Assembly (NCBI GenBank): GCA_030324005.1
Contig: JARDVH010000042.1
Span: 75,323,557 to 75,387,556 of the forward strand
Origin: Negaprion brevirostris
Lineage: Eukaryota
Length of the DNA: 64,000 bases
Direction: 5' to 3'
Positions 51,940 through 64,000 of this stretch are shown piece by piece. The translations under genes and the position numbers were made by a program. Each line of letters begins with the position of its first letter. The first letter of the stretch is position 1. The notes beneath the pieces are model-generated. The model made no database searches, had not been told where the DNA came from, and saw only the letters and a program-made list of their open reading frames with translations.

Positions 51940-52208
51940 GGGGGTGGAGATTCTCCTATCCTGCTCACCACAGGAATTGCAGTGGGCTGGGGGGCAGGGG
52001 GCGGACCTCGCAATGGTTAATTGAGCACGGGTGGGGTTCTCTGGTTTTGGAGCGAGCGCAACCGAAGAATCCCACCCACGGACAGGAATTTTACCAGCAT
52101 GCCTGTCCCGAATCCAGGGTTGGGCGAGCCTCGGAGAACGGCATTTTCTGTTGGCCTTGGGTGGAATGATATGAGAGTTGGGTGGACGTGCCGGTAAAAT
52201 TCCGCCCA
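51940..52208. mobile_element. Cluster of small GC-rich MITE-like units with GGG(C/T)GG..ATT termini (Harbinger-like)
   Basis: Paired ends such as GGGTGGGGTTCT...AGAATCCCACCC and GGAATTTTACCAGCA...TGCCGGTAAAATTCCGCCC. Similar units occur at ~22890, ~47815 and ~52968. Confidence 0.45.
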
Positions 52209-52249
52209 TAGTTCCGAAATCCAAATGAATTGCATGGAAAATTCAAATA

Positions 52250-53750
52250 AGAACATAAAAATTAGGAGGAGTAGGCCATTTGGCTCTTTGAACCTGGTCG
52301 CTAGTCAATAAGATCATGGCTGACCTGATTATGGCCTTAGCTCCAGTTTCCTGCCTGATCTGTCTCCCCTCCCCCCACCTCCCCTATAACCCTTGACTCC
52401 CTTATACATCAAAGCTCCATCTAACTCAACCTTGAATATATTCAATGACCCAATCTCCACAGTTCTCTATGATACAGAATTTCCTCAGAATAATTGTGTC
52501 CCCAACAATTTCCCCAAAAAGGGAACATCCTCTCAGCATCTATCTAGGCTATCCCTCTCAGAATTTTCTATCTTTCAAAAAGATCACGTCTTCTTTTTCT
52601 AAACTCCAGTGAGCATAAGCCCAACCTGTTCAACCCAGAAATCAACCTAGTGAAATATTTCTGAACTGATGATTCTCCTTAAATGGGGAGACCAAAATCT
52701 TCCCTACTTTTATATTTGACCCAGTGTCGTGAAGACCGACAGCATTCTATTTGCTTTCCTAACTACTTGTACCTTCATGCTAACTTATGATTCATGTATG
52801 GGAGCACCTAGTACCACAGCACACTGCAGTCTTGCTTCATTAAATAATATTCTGCTTTTCCATTCTTCCTGTCAAAGTGATTAATTTCACTTTTTCTCAC
52901 ATTCTACTCTATCCATGAAAATCTTTGCCTATTCACTTAACCTATTGATATCCCTTTGCAAACTCTTTGGGTGGAATTTTCTCATCCTACCCGCCATGGG
53001 AATCGTAGTGGGGGGGCATACCATGCAAATGTTGATTGACCTCAGACAGGAATTTCTGGCCTTGGGGTGAGCATGGGAAGAAAATCCCTCGCTTCGACTC
53101 TGATTTTAATTCATTCAAAGCACATTCATCACGTTGTGCTAAAGTTGGGCCTTTTGTGTTCTTCTCACAGCTTGCTTTTCTACTTATCTTTGTATCATTT
53201 ACAAATTTGACTACAATATACTCTACCCCTTCCTGCAATCATTAATATAGATTGTGAATAGTTGAGGTCCCAGCACTGATGCTACAGAACTCCACTAGTT
53301 ATAGTTTTCCAGACTGAAAATAACTCATTTATCCTGATTCTGTGTCCTGTTAGATAGCCAATTCTCATGTTACTAATTAGCTCCAACACATGAGCTCTTA
53401 ACTAATGCAGTAATCTTTGATATACCATCTTATCAAATGCACTTTGAAAATCAAAATATATTACAGCTGCTGGTACTCCTTTATCAACTCTGCTTATTAT
53501 AACCTCAAAGAACTATAACAATTTTGACAAACATGATTTCCCTTTCATAAAACCATCTTGATTCTGCTTGATTGTACTTCATTTTCTAAACATCCTGCTA
53601 CCACTTCTTTAATAATAGATTCTAGCATTTTCCCAGTGGCAAGTGTTAGGCTAGCTGCCCAGTTGTTTACTGCTTTTTGTCTTCTTCCTTTCTTGATTCA
53701 GAACATTACATTTGTGACTTTCAAAACCTCTGGAACCTTTCCAGAATCTA
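52250..53750 (-). mobile_element. Decayed CR1 LINE
   Basis: EGVEYIVVKFVNDTKI and other RT remnants, with the AAGAACATAA...AGGAGTAGGCCATT tail. A small GGGTGGAATTTT-ended insert lies at ~52968-53095. Confidence 0.65.
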
Positions 53751-54544
53751 TATTTGAAGGAAACTACCCAACTGATTTAAAAACAGAAGTTACTCTAGAG
53801 TGGCACGCAATGGAAAAGTGTCTGATTACTAACCCAAAAAGACAGTGTTGCATCGTTGTGTCATTGTGCCATTACACACTGTCAACTGAACCCAAGTTAC
53901 TATTTTCAACCATAGGTATAAGATATGTTTGCAGTGAGAAACACTCAGATCTCTGTATCTACAAATCATCTGTTTCCATAAAATTGGGGGTTTCCAAGAG
54001 GAAATTCTGTGCCTCAAGTATAGAAATAAAGAAACAAACAACCTAAAAAAACAGAGGTGGGTGTCACAATTCCTCAATCTTCAAAACTACACGCACATGG
54101 TACTGCTGAAGTATGATAGAAACTTCTCTTAAATCTGGGGGTGGGTTTGAATGATCAGGGTTCTGCTGTTTGTGTCTTTTGAAGAGGGCACCACAAGTAT
54201 CACATATGAGATGCACCACAGCAACTTGCCATGACTTCTTTAACAGAACTTTTCAAACCTCCAGTCTCAATCGCCTGGATGAAATCGGGCAGCAGGTACA
54301 AGAGTACACCACCAACTGTATGCTTCTCTCCAAGTCAGATACCATCCTGAAATGGAACCATATCACTGTTCCTTCACTATCATTGGGTCAAATCTTGGAT
54401 CTCTCTGACAGTGCTGTGGGTGTACTTAAACCATACAGGCTGTAGCAGTTCAAAAGGTGGCTCATCCCACCACCTTCTCAAGGACATTTAGGAATAGACA
54501 ATAATTGTTGGCCTCGTCAGCAAAATATACACCCCATGAACATT

Positions 54545-54890
54545 TTATTTTTAAGCCGTTAGTGGGACTTTGAGTGTTGCTGGCTGGCCAGCATTTATTG
54601 CCCATCCCTAGTTTCCTGAGGGCAGTTGAGAGGCTACCACATTGCTGTGGCTCTGGAGTCACATGAAGGACAGCAGATTTCCTTCCCTGAAGGAGGTTAG
54701 TGAAGCAGATGAAATTTTCCAACAATTGGCAATGGTTTCGTGGTAAACAGTAGATTCTTAATTCCAGGTTTTTTTTATTGAACTTAAATTTCACCATCTG
54801 CCATGGTGGGATTTGATCTCAGGTCCCCAGAACATCAGCTGAGTTTCTGGATTAATAGGCTAGTGATAATACCACCAGGTCATTGCCAAA
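54545..54890. repeat. Abundant short interspersed repeat (other copies ~290-590, 29775-30490, 21770-21875)
   Basis: Shared GGCCAGCATTTATTGCCC...CCACATTGCTGTGG...TTAGTGAA.CAGATG...CATCTGCCATGGTGGGATTTGA...CCCCAGAACAT across copies. Confidence 0.65.
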
Positions 54891-57179
54891 TGCAGGCTCT
54901 AGTGGTGATAATAAATGTGAACTATGTTTCTTTTGCGAACTAGGTCACGTCAGATTTATTGTGACAGGCTGATGCATAAAACCGACTGTTTGATAAATTG
55001 ATTCCATGAAGAATTTTGAGGAACTTATATTTCATTTTTCGTCAAGCAATAAGATTCTTTCCAATGAACAATTCTGTTTCAACTGACAAGTCCTGTTCCG
55101 TATTAAGTTCCAAACATGTCATAATGGGAAATATGCATTAGTAAGCTGAATACTCTGGCTCCCTTGTACATATTTTTAGAATTCTATTTTCATCATTACA
55201 AGTGACGTAGTCATTGTACTATTCCTTAATGTGACTGAGGCAAAATCTGCTTTCACTTGACTTGTTCTCTGGATATGGCAAGTCTACAGTTATTGTCCTA
55301 GCTTCCCTGAAAAGATTGTTTGCGGACCTTCTAGAAACTCTGAGGAGTTTGCAGTGACGCTACTCCCACCATGGTTTTGGGGAAGACATTTTGGCATTCT
55401 GACACAGTAACGGTGAAGGAAAAACAGTCAGAGATGTCTGAGATTGTGGGTAGGCTGGAGGAGACTGTATTGGTGTTGATCCATAGCTATTAGTATTGAA
55501 GTTCTTTGTGATTGAGGAGATTTGGCAGTGATCTGCTGTTAAAGTAAGCTTGGCCAGTTTCAGTGGTGCAAGCTACAGATAGACACACTATGGCTGCAGC
55601 ATGTCCTATCAGTGGCAAGAGTGCTAATCAAACTAATTAGTTATTCTAGATGGTATCAATGTTTTTGAGAATTGCTAATCTACAGCTGAACAAACCATCA
55701 TATTCCCCTAACCTGAATTTTGTAGATGGCGGAGTGACTTTGAATGGTGAGCCACTCTGCAGAGTATCTCATACCTGTCCTGCTTTATATCAATTCTGTT
55801 GACATTGCTGGTCCATTTAATACTCTTGTCAATGGAAACTCCCAGGATGCTAATGCCAGAAGTCTTGACAATGATGTCACTGTTGAAGTTAAGGAGTGGT
55901 GACTTCCCTTGCGGGAATAATGATTATCTGAACTTACGTGACATGAATGCCATGTTATGGTATGGATTAGAAACTTCAAAGCATGTTTTGAAGCCCAACT
56001 ACCCCCCAGTATTTTTTTCATTTTGGCATTAGTGTGAGGATAAGATGTTTCACTCCAGGTTTGATTCTATTGACACGCCAGGAAGTTTTTATCAAAACAA
56101 AGTTTAGTTAACAATATTGTTTAACTATAACAAATAAAATAACATTTGCCAATTGAAGAATACTTAAACATGTCAAGATACAATTCCTAAATGTGAAACT
56201 ATCTCTATGAGTTTCAATTCAAGCAATATTCCACTTACAGACTTCAATTCCTCTTCAAAATCAGTTAGCAAGACATGGACTTCTGTGCTTGTATTTGTTA
56301 ATAGTTATCTTCTGTGATGCCTTCTGCCTTACTCTCCCTGCTGGCCTTGCACCCAGTGTGAAAGAAGTGAAAAAACAGGAGCAAGTTTGTGCATCCACCA
56401 ATCGGAAAATGGGATATACAATATAAAATTCCAGTCAATTATCCTTTAATTGCTTTAACTGGCTGATTGTCGTCAGGCAAGCTGCGAATTCACATGTACA
56501 CCTGCCGACTGTTGGGATGTGTGCCCAATGTCTTTTTGTACAATTTCACATGATTTCAGGTTGGGTGCATGTCCACTTAAAGGACACAAAATTCTGAGCG
56601 CTTTAGTTTGCCTCTGGATGCCCACTTTATTGCGGGAGTTGTCTCTACTGGAAAAGTGGATTATCCAGCATCTGTCTTTAACCTGCCAACTCTGTTAAGG
56701 AATACATCTTCAGACTTTGATTATGAACTTATTGAAACAATAATCCTTATCTTTTCTCTCGTCTTAGTTTGAAACCGCTTTCTTCCCCTTAGCCCCGTTT
56801 TATTGTATGAATGTACTGGGGACTTCGTAGTGACACCCCTTCCTATGTTTTGAATGTCTGTAAGATAAACTAATCCTCTGATTTTTATCCTATCTTGAGT
56901 TTACTGTGGAGTTGTTAATAAAAGTTGGATCACAAAAATTGAGAGGTTGGGGAAAATACACCAATGCTTATAAAGGGGAAATTCAAAATCAAAAACACCT
57001 TTCCGTTTACGCAAAGATGGTGAGAGGAGAAATCAGGGCTGTTTAATCCCCCTCCTGTTCATAACACCTTTCCTACTCTGAAGACAGTTTGTCTAACTAA
57101 AATTAGCAGAATTAGTAAAGATTGAACCCAAGAGAACTCATGGATCTGTTAGCACCCTGCATGCATTGGTTCAAAAGCC

Positions 57180-57326
57180 ATGATGTGGCGATGCTGGCAT
57201 TGGACCGGGGTAAGCACAATAAAAAGTCTCATAACACCAGGTTAAAGGCCGACAGGTTTATTTGGTAGCACAAGCCACTAGCTTTCAGAGCGCTGCTCCT
57301 TCATCAGGTGAGTGGGAACTCCCACT
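57180..57326 (-). mobile_element. Penelope-like terminal repeat with hammerhead motif
   Basis: Minus strand reads CCCACTCAC-CTGATGA-AGGAGCAGCGCTCT-GAAA-GCTAGTG...AATAAACC. There is a short inversion AGTGGG-AACT-CCCACT at its 5' end. Confidence 0.7.
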
Positions 57327-57859
57327 TAGACATATTCTAAACTAAAAATAGTCTGTAACATCAAAAACAACACAGAAGAGTAAATTAATTCCATCTTCAT
57401 GCTTTTGTCCTTGTTATTTTGTGAATGGAAGGGTGGGAAGAGAGCTAATAAAGAAAAACATAAATGTAACAAGTATTAATTATTTTTCTGAGGTGGGAAA
57501 ATTAATTAATCGAATCAAAAGTGCAGCATAGGAGGAGGCATTGCCTCTGCTCTGGACCTTTTGCAGAGCAATCAGTTAGTTACACTGCCTTGTTTTTCTC
57601 ACATATCCCCGCAATTGTTTACTCCTTGAAGTATTCATCCAATTCTCTTTTAAAACCTTTCATTGAATCTACATCTATCAGTCCATCAAGCAGAGGGAAT
57701 CAATGTTCCCTCTAATCTCTTTGCTATCTGTGGAGAGACGGATGACATGACAGATATGGAGATAACATAGGAAAGTGGTGTTAAGTAGATAACCAGCCAT
57801 GATCTTACTGAGTAGCACAGAAGGCTCGGTGGGATGAATGGCCTACTCCTGTTCCTATG

Positions 57860-58680
57860 GAATAATGTGGTAAAACAGGTCACGTATCATTCTGTAAATA
57901 CTTCCAACACAAACTACTGGCAGGTTCTAAGTGGATTATGTGTCGGTCATGTCTTCCTCATCATTTCTATCACTTCCAAATTGTGTCAATTACAAATTTC
58001 AAAACTGTGTTCTATACTCCAGGTCAATAATGCACATCCAAAGCAGAAGGCGTCCTCAGGCTGAACTCTGGGGAACTCCACTGTATATTTCCCTCAAGTC
58101 TAAAAAAAATTCACCACAAAACTCTGTTTCCTATCTTTTAGACAAGTTGGTATGTATGCTGCTATTGTCCCTTTTTCGTGGGACTTCAATTATGTCTACA
58201 TCTAAAGGGTATTTTATTAAATGCCTTTTGAATATCCATATACACATCAACTATATTGTCTTCATCTATCCTCCCTGTCATGTCTCTGGAAAACACAAAC
58301 AAGTTAGTCAAATGGAACTTTGCAAGTCCAGCTGCTTCTCTTTAATAGCCTATGCTTCTCAAAGTGGCTGTTAATTTTCTCCAGGATTAAAGTTTCTAGA
58401 AGTCTTCTGATCACTGATGTTAAACCGACTGACCAGTAATTGCCAGGTTTATTCTTCTCACCTTTTTGAACAAGGCTCCAGCCTTGTATCCAAGGAGGAT
58501 TTGGAGCTCATGTCCGACATCCATGCAATTTCTATCCTTATTTCCCCCTGAAACACTTTAACTACTGACTGCAGGTACCTTTTATTTTTGATCTCATCCA
58601 GTATCTTGCAACCTCCTTATTTAACATAGCTTTATCAATGGAATACCAATGGAAAGTATTTAGTATCTCAGTCATGCCTT
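57860..58680 (-). mobile_element. Old CR1 RT fragment
   Basis: Remnants read as the reverse complement of NYWSVGLTSVIRRLLETL and VYMDIQKAFNK, plus GVPQSS-like sequence. Confidence 0.55.
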
Positions 58681-58989
58681 GGCAGCACAGTGGCACAATG
58701 GTTAGCACTGCTGTCTCAGTGTCAGGGTCCCAGGATCAATTCTGGCTGTGTGGAGTTTGCATGTTCTCCCCATGCCTGCGGGGGTTTCCACCGGATGCTC
58801 TGGTTTCCTCCCACAATCCAAAGATGTGTGTGTTAGGTGAATTGGCCATAATAAATTGCCCCTTAGTGTCATGGGGATTAGCAGGGTAAATACGGCAGGG
58901 GATTACGGTGAGAGGGGGTGGGTGGGACTATTGTTGGTGCAGGCTTGATGGGCTGAATGGCCTCCTTCTGCATGATAGAGATTCTATGA
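58681..58989 (+). mobile_element. HE1-like V-SINE
   Basis: Same head and core, with a GATTCTATGA tail. Confidence 0.75.
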
Positions 58990-59659
58990 ATCTTCCTCCA
59001 TTGTTAGATCTCTATTTGGGTCTTCAATTAGACCCACTGCTCCACTGATGACCTTCCTACTGTTTAATTGTTTCTGTAACTTGTAATATAACCTTTTCTA
59101 CATTCACAATTCATGCATAAACAACTGAATATTTCTTACTAACATCTAAACGTAATGGTACACCATGACAATGGTTAGGTGCATTTTACAGGGAGGTAGG
59201 AAGGTGATATTTATCTAAACTGCAGATTTTATACCTGGGGAGGAGAATACAATTTAAAATAATAAGTATATAAGTACCAGCAAGAAAGAAAAATAATTAG
59301 TGATATTAATTAAATAGGAATTATGTAGAAATTAATTAGGAAAATAATTAATTGCTTATTTAAAACACAATGGTCCTGAGTTGATTAGTTGATGGGGATT
59401 GCTGGTAGGGACAAAGCCTAAGCAACAGGCAGATTAAGAAACACTGAACATATTAAATAAAAATAACAAGAGACAAGTGAGTGGCTAGTGATTCTTATTT
59501 TTTATTTTTAGGTAAGGTTTATTGTTACTAATAAGATGTGCTGAGAATTAGTAAGATTTTCAGTATTAGTAAAGGTTTGTCAATAGTAGTAACGTTTATA
59601 AAAGGTAGTAAGGTTTATTAGTATTGTTAGGTTCGCAGTAGCAAGGTTAATTAATAAAT

Positions 59660-60317
59660 ATAGGAATGATTGGGCTGCTCCACCACTGGAATGCACATCC
59701 TATGCCATGTGGGAATTCCAGGATGCTTCCCATGACAGTGATAACCACATGTGCAGGAAGTGTCATCAGTTGCAGCAGCTTGAGCTCTGGGTTTTGGGTC
59801 CTGAGCAGCAGCTGGCATCACTGTGGTGTAGATATGAAGTTGAGATCTTCATGGACAACACATTTATGGATGAGAATCTGGACGGGTTGCACATAAAAAG
59901 AACTAGGACTGAGTTCCTCATGGGGCATTTTGTTAATGCCATTGATGAGGGTTTAAACTAATTTTTCAAAGGTGTGGGATCCAGGAGATAATATCAGAGG
60001 GGAATATCAAAGATACAGAGCACAGGGAGATGTAAATAGCACTAGAATAGGGAATAGGTTTTACCAAGGAAGAAGATTGCTACCCAGGACATGGGGAAAG
60101 GGAAGATAATTCAGACACTACAAGGGTTTATAATTGATCAGGAGGAAGTGTTGTCTTGGTTGCTTGGACTTAAAGTTGATAAGACACCAGGACTGGATGT
60201 GATGCATCTGAGGATACTAGAGGAAGTGAGAGTGGAAATTGCAGAGGCACTGATCATAGTTTTATAGTCTTTCTTAAGCTAAGGTGATGTCAGAGGACTG
60301 AGAATTGCAAACATGAT
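59660..60317 (+). mobile_element. CR1 LINE fragment (ORF1 zinc-finger/zipper and ORF2 start), continuing at 63356-63850
   Basis: CGMWE...DNHMCRKCHQLQQLELWV..EQQL is CR1 ORF1-like. ORF2 'EDWRIANVT' stops at 60317 and resumes after the Harbinger element as 'PLFK...KPSNYRLVSLTSVV'. Confidence 0.7.
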
Positions 60318-63300
60318 GGGGGTGATTCTCCCAAAAAAATTCTAAATATTGAATTCACATAAAAACTGGAGTAAATCCCGCTGGGTTTTTCATAGGGATT
60401 TTCAAAATGAATCTTTAACACTCTGAACTGCAGAGGGCACTAGCATGAATCTCATGAAAAATCAGGGGGTGGCGCCTATTTCCACTCAAGAGGCTAAAAT
60501 CAGTGCTCTTAGCGGGCCCCTGCACATGCACGGATCTCTGGAAGATTGCTAAATAAGTTTTTGATTTAATTTGATTTATTATGTCACATGTATTAGTATA
60601 CAGTGAAAAGTATTGTTTCTTGTGTGTTACACTGACAAAGCATACCATTCATAGAGAAGGAAAGGAGAGAGTGCAGAATGTAGTGTTACAGTCTTAGCTA
60701 GGGTGTAGAGAAAATCAATCTTAGCATAAGATAGGTCCATTTAAATTCAGGGAAGAAGCTGTTCTTGAGTTGGTTGGTATGTGACTTCTGACTTTTTAAT
60801 CTTTTCCTGATGGAAGAAGGTGGAAGAGAGTATGTTCAGAGTATGTGGGGTTCTTAATTATGCTGGCTGCTTTTCTGAATCAGCAGGAAGTGTAGACAGA
60901 GTCAATGGATAGGAGGCTGGTTTGTTTGATGGACTGGGCTTCATTCGTGACCTTTGTAATTTCTTGTGAGCTTGGGCAGAGCAAGAGCCATACAAAACTG
61001 TGGTACAACCAGAAAGAATGCTTTCCATGGTGCAACTATAAAAATTGGTGAGCGGCGTTTCAGACATGGCAAATTTCCTTAGTCTTCTGAGAAAATAGAG
61101 GCGTTATTGGACTTTCTTAATAATAATGTTGGCATGGAGGGACCAGGACAGGTTGTTGATGATCTGGACATATAAAACCTTGAAGCTCTTGATCATTTCT
61201 ACTATGTCCCTATTGATGTAGACAGGGGCATGGTCTCTGCTTCCTGAAGTCGATGACAATATCCTTCATTTTGTTGACATTGAGAGAAGGATTATGGTGG
61301 TTGCACCAGTTCACCAGATTCTCTATCTCGTCATTGTTTGAGATCTGATCCACTACGATAGTGTCGTCAGCAAACTTGAAAATCCTACCAGTATTGATAT
61401 CGTTGGCCTCTTACACACCTTCCCCCCCACAAGACCATCGCTGGCCTCCCATGTCCCCAACCCCACTGACCCAGACTTCACTGCCCTCCCCATTCCCCTC
61501 AGACCTGGACATCGCTGGCGTCCCCACTATCCCCTCATTTCCCCCAACCCCCCGACCTCCCTCTCCCACCCCGTCCGCAGTGGAGGAGAGGTGCCAGCTG
61601 CTGTACCCCACTCAGGACAGTCACCCAAGTGGTCTCGCAGCAAGCGCATTGTGTGAGGCAATGGCTGCAGTTGTGAATGCCAGGGCATTGACACCTCGGT
61701 TCGGAGGACAGTACCAGAAGAAGATAAAAGACCTTCTTCAGGTAGCAAGGGTGACTGTGCATCCCATTCTGAAACCTACACATGTGCTAGGCTTACAAAG
61801 TCAAATAGCACCAGTGGATCAGCACAGGCATCAACCACACAACCCACCAACACAGAGACTATTACCATGGTGTGTCATGTTAGTGTTGAGGCTTCTGGGT
61901 CACTTACTGGTGAGCACATCACAGCCGCTGGTNNNNNNNNNNNNNNNNNNNNNNNNNNNNNNNNNNNNNNNNNNNNNNNNNNNNNNNNNNNNNNNNNNNN
62001 NNNNNNNNNNNNNNNNNNNNNNNNNNNNNNNNAACCCAGGGATTGTGGAAGGACTGTCAGCAACCATGCTGCAACTGCAAGGCTTTTTAGAGGAGTCAAG
62101 AGTGCTGTCACAGAAGGTGGTGCTGGCACAGCAAGAAACCCAGGCCAACATTACAAGGGTGGCATCTGTAGTGGAAAGTCTGGCATATGGATTTGGCCTC
62201 ATGGGTGACAGGGTCCAGGCCATCCTGGAGACACAGTGAGCCACAGCGTAGATACAGTGAGCTACAGCCAAGGGTGTTGCTGGCATCCTGGAGACACATC
62301 AGTTCGTGGCCATGGGTGTCGGGGGTATGTTGGAGATACTGCTGACCATGATGGAACTCTTGCTGGCATTCTGGAGACACAGCAAGCCCTAGTTGTGGCC
62401 TCAATAACTTAGCCCAGTCTTACAGGGCTAATGCTGAGGGGCTCCAGAGCTTGGCCTAGTCTCAGAGGGCCAGGACTGCGGGATCACAGACGATGGGGCA
62501 ACTGCATCCTCTTTCTCCTGGCTCACCTTTCGGGAGACGACTCTCCAAGTTCATGAACATCACTGGCAGCCTCTTGCCCTCCTCCCTCAGACTCTGCAAC
62601 TGGCTGCTCCTGAAGTGGCCTAACCACTCCCTCTGCCTCCTTCTGCTCAGCCACCACCATGATGGCCAGCTCTAGACCAATAAGTTCAAAATCCATTTTG
62701 CACAATGGGAGTTAGAGAGAGAGATTGACAGATACATGTCATTGCTTGTAACTATCCCAGCACCCCCTCCCTAAAATGCCAGACCCTCACCACGTCCCAC
62801 AGACAAAACAATGGCACAAGCCAGTGGCAACAGACAGCAGCCTGACCAGCACCCAGTAAATTAGCCCCTCCACCCCACCCCATCCCACAGAGACAACTTG
62901 GAACATCCCTGGGTCCACAGACAGCACTTACAGTTCTTCAGGAACTTCCCCACACAAAGGAGAAATTTTCCAGCCCCAGCTTCCAACCTCTGCTGCAGTC
63001 TGAGGCAGCAGTCCCATAGCATTTCCTTATTCCTGTCCAGTGCTGCCACACCAGGTCCCGAGTTTTATACAACACTTGTAAACTCCGCCAACACGACGTC
63101 ACGCCAGAGAGGGAGGAGACGCTAGTGAGGGGGAGAGAATTCAGTCACAGACCCATTAATGATATGGTAAGCTATGGTTATGCATGTAAATCACTGCCAT
63201 GCTGATTTTCAGCGTGAATTGGTTGATGCTGAAAAGCTGGGAGACACACAGAGGCCTGGCCGCCCAGCGGAAATCCCGCAAAATGGCCGCCACTGATGTT

Positions 63301-63355
63301 CCCGCTCCACTACGCTACGCAATCAGCACTGCGGGAGGATGGAAGAATCGCCCCC
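60318..63355 (+). mobile_element. PIF/Harbinger-type transposon derivative with decayed Myb/SANT gene
   Basis: TIRs GGGGGTGATTCTCCC (60318-60332) and GGAAGAATCGCCCCC (63341-63355) match at 13/15. 61577-61750 encodes AVEERCQLLYP...ALCEAMAAVVNARALTPRFGGQYQKKIKDLLQVAR (Myb/SANT-like) ending at a GT donor, with a coiled-coil-like segment at ~62040-62240. It splits a CR1 ORF2. No transposase was seen. Confidence 0.7.
60560..61378 (-). mobile_element. Rex1/Babar-type LINE, 5'-truncated, nested in the Harbinger element
   Basis: Minus strand begins KFADDTIV..ISNNDE, contains TMESILSGCTTVLYGSCSAQ and ends in an ATAAATCAAAT-type tail. Confidence 0.75.
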
Positions 63356-64000
63356 TGTACCCTTGTTCAAATAAAGTTTGTAAAGTTAAGCCCAGCAACT
63401 ATAGGCTAGTTAGTTTAACTTCAGTGGTAGTGAAACCAGTGGACACAGAATAATTCAGGATAAAACTAATAATCACCTGAAAAAATGCAAGTTAATTCAC
63501 TAAACTCAGCGTGCAATTCCAAAGAGAAAACTGTGTTTAATTAACTTACTAGCATTTTTTAAAGCAGTCACAGGGAGGGTAATGCTGTTGATGTACATGA
63601 ATTTCTGAAAGGCAATTGACAGAGTGCCGCACACAGATCTTATAGCTCATGGAATAAAATGGACAGCAGCAACATGGATACAAAATTGGCCAAGTTACAG
63701 GAAAAAAAGAGTAGTGGTTAATGGATGCTTTTCAGGCTGGAACAAGGTTTGTAATGGAGAATGGCACTAAGTGAGTTGCTTATTTGGAGAGCCAGAGCAA
63801 AAGCGATAGGCCAAATGGCCTCATTCTGCACTGACACAATTCTATGTTCATTGAACAGTACATCCATGTTATGGGGAACTAAGTATTATTATTGACTGCT
63901 ATTTCTGGATGTGTTTGCAAAGTTGCAACAAATCATAAATTGGACAGTTAATCAGATAGCCACCAAGGGACTAATGATGATTTTCTGCTCTGCTTTCAAG

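Noticed and set aside
56033-57066. Possible solo LTR (TGT...ACA ends)
   Set aside because: No matching target-site duplication and no second copy or internal retroviral sequence in the window.
61361-62239. 292-aa ORF as a host gene
   Set aside because: It starts inside a Rex LINE, crosses a gap and a probable intron, and its Myb-like part has lost conserved residues. It is treated as decayed transposon coding sequence.

Overview
Vertebrate nuclear DNA from a gapped draft assembly. The repeat content (HE1/V-SINEs, DeuSINEs, CR1, Rex/Babar, RTE, Penelope-like and Harbinger elements) points to an elasmobranch (shark-like) genome. The only complete protein-coding gene is a two-exon NXNL2 (RdCVF2) on the + strand (13616-13917 joined to 26935-27106, 157 aa, WCPPC active site), with a CpG/GC-box promoter and an in-frame stop inside the intron-1 donor. 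The first ~4.3 kb looks like the long 3' UTR of an upstream gene (SPIN1 by recalled synteny, not shown by sequence). Unexpected items are an isolated, intact 75-nt syntaxin-1/2/3 exon next to a gap, two diverged copies of a poly(A)-tailed, highly structured retroposon carrying U2 snRNA sequence (SINEU-like), four Penelope-like termini carrying minimal hammerhead ribozyme motifs, a TTAA-flanked 751-bp MITE, and a three-layer CR1>Harbinger>Rex nest. All assignments are by eye and recall; no searches or folding were run, and repeat boundaries are approximate.
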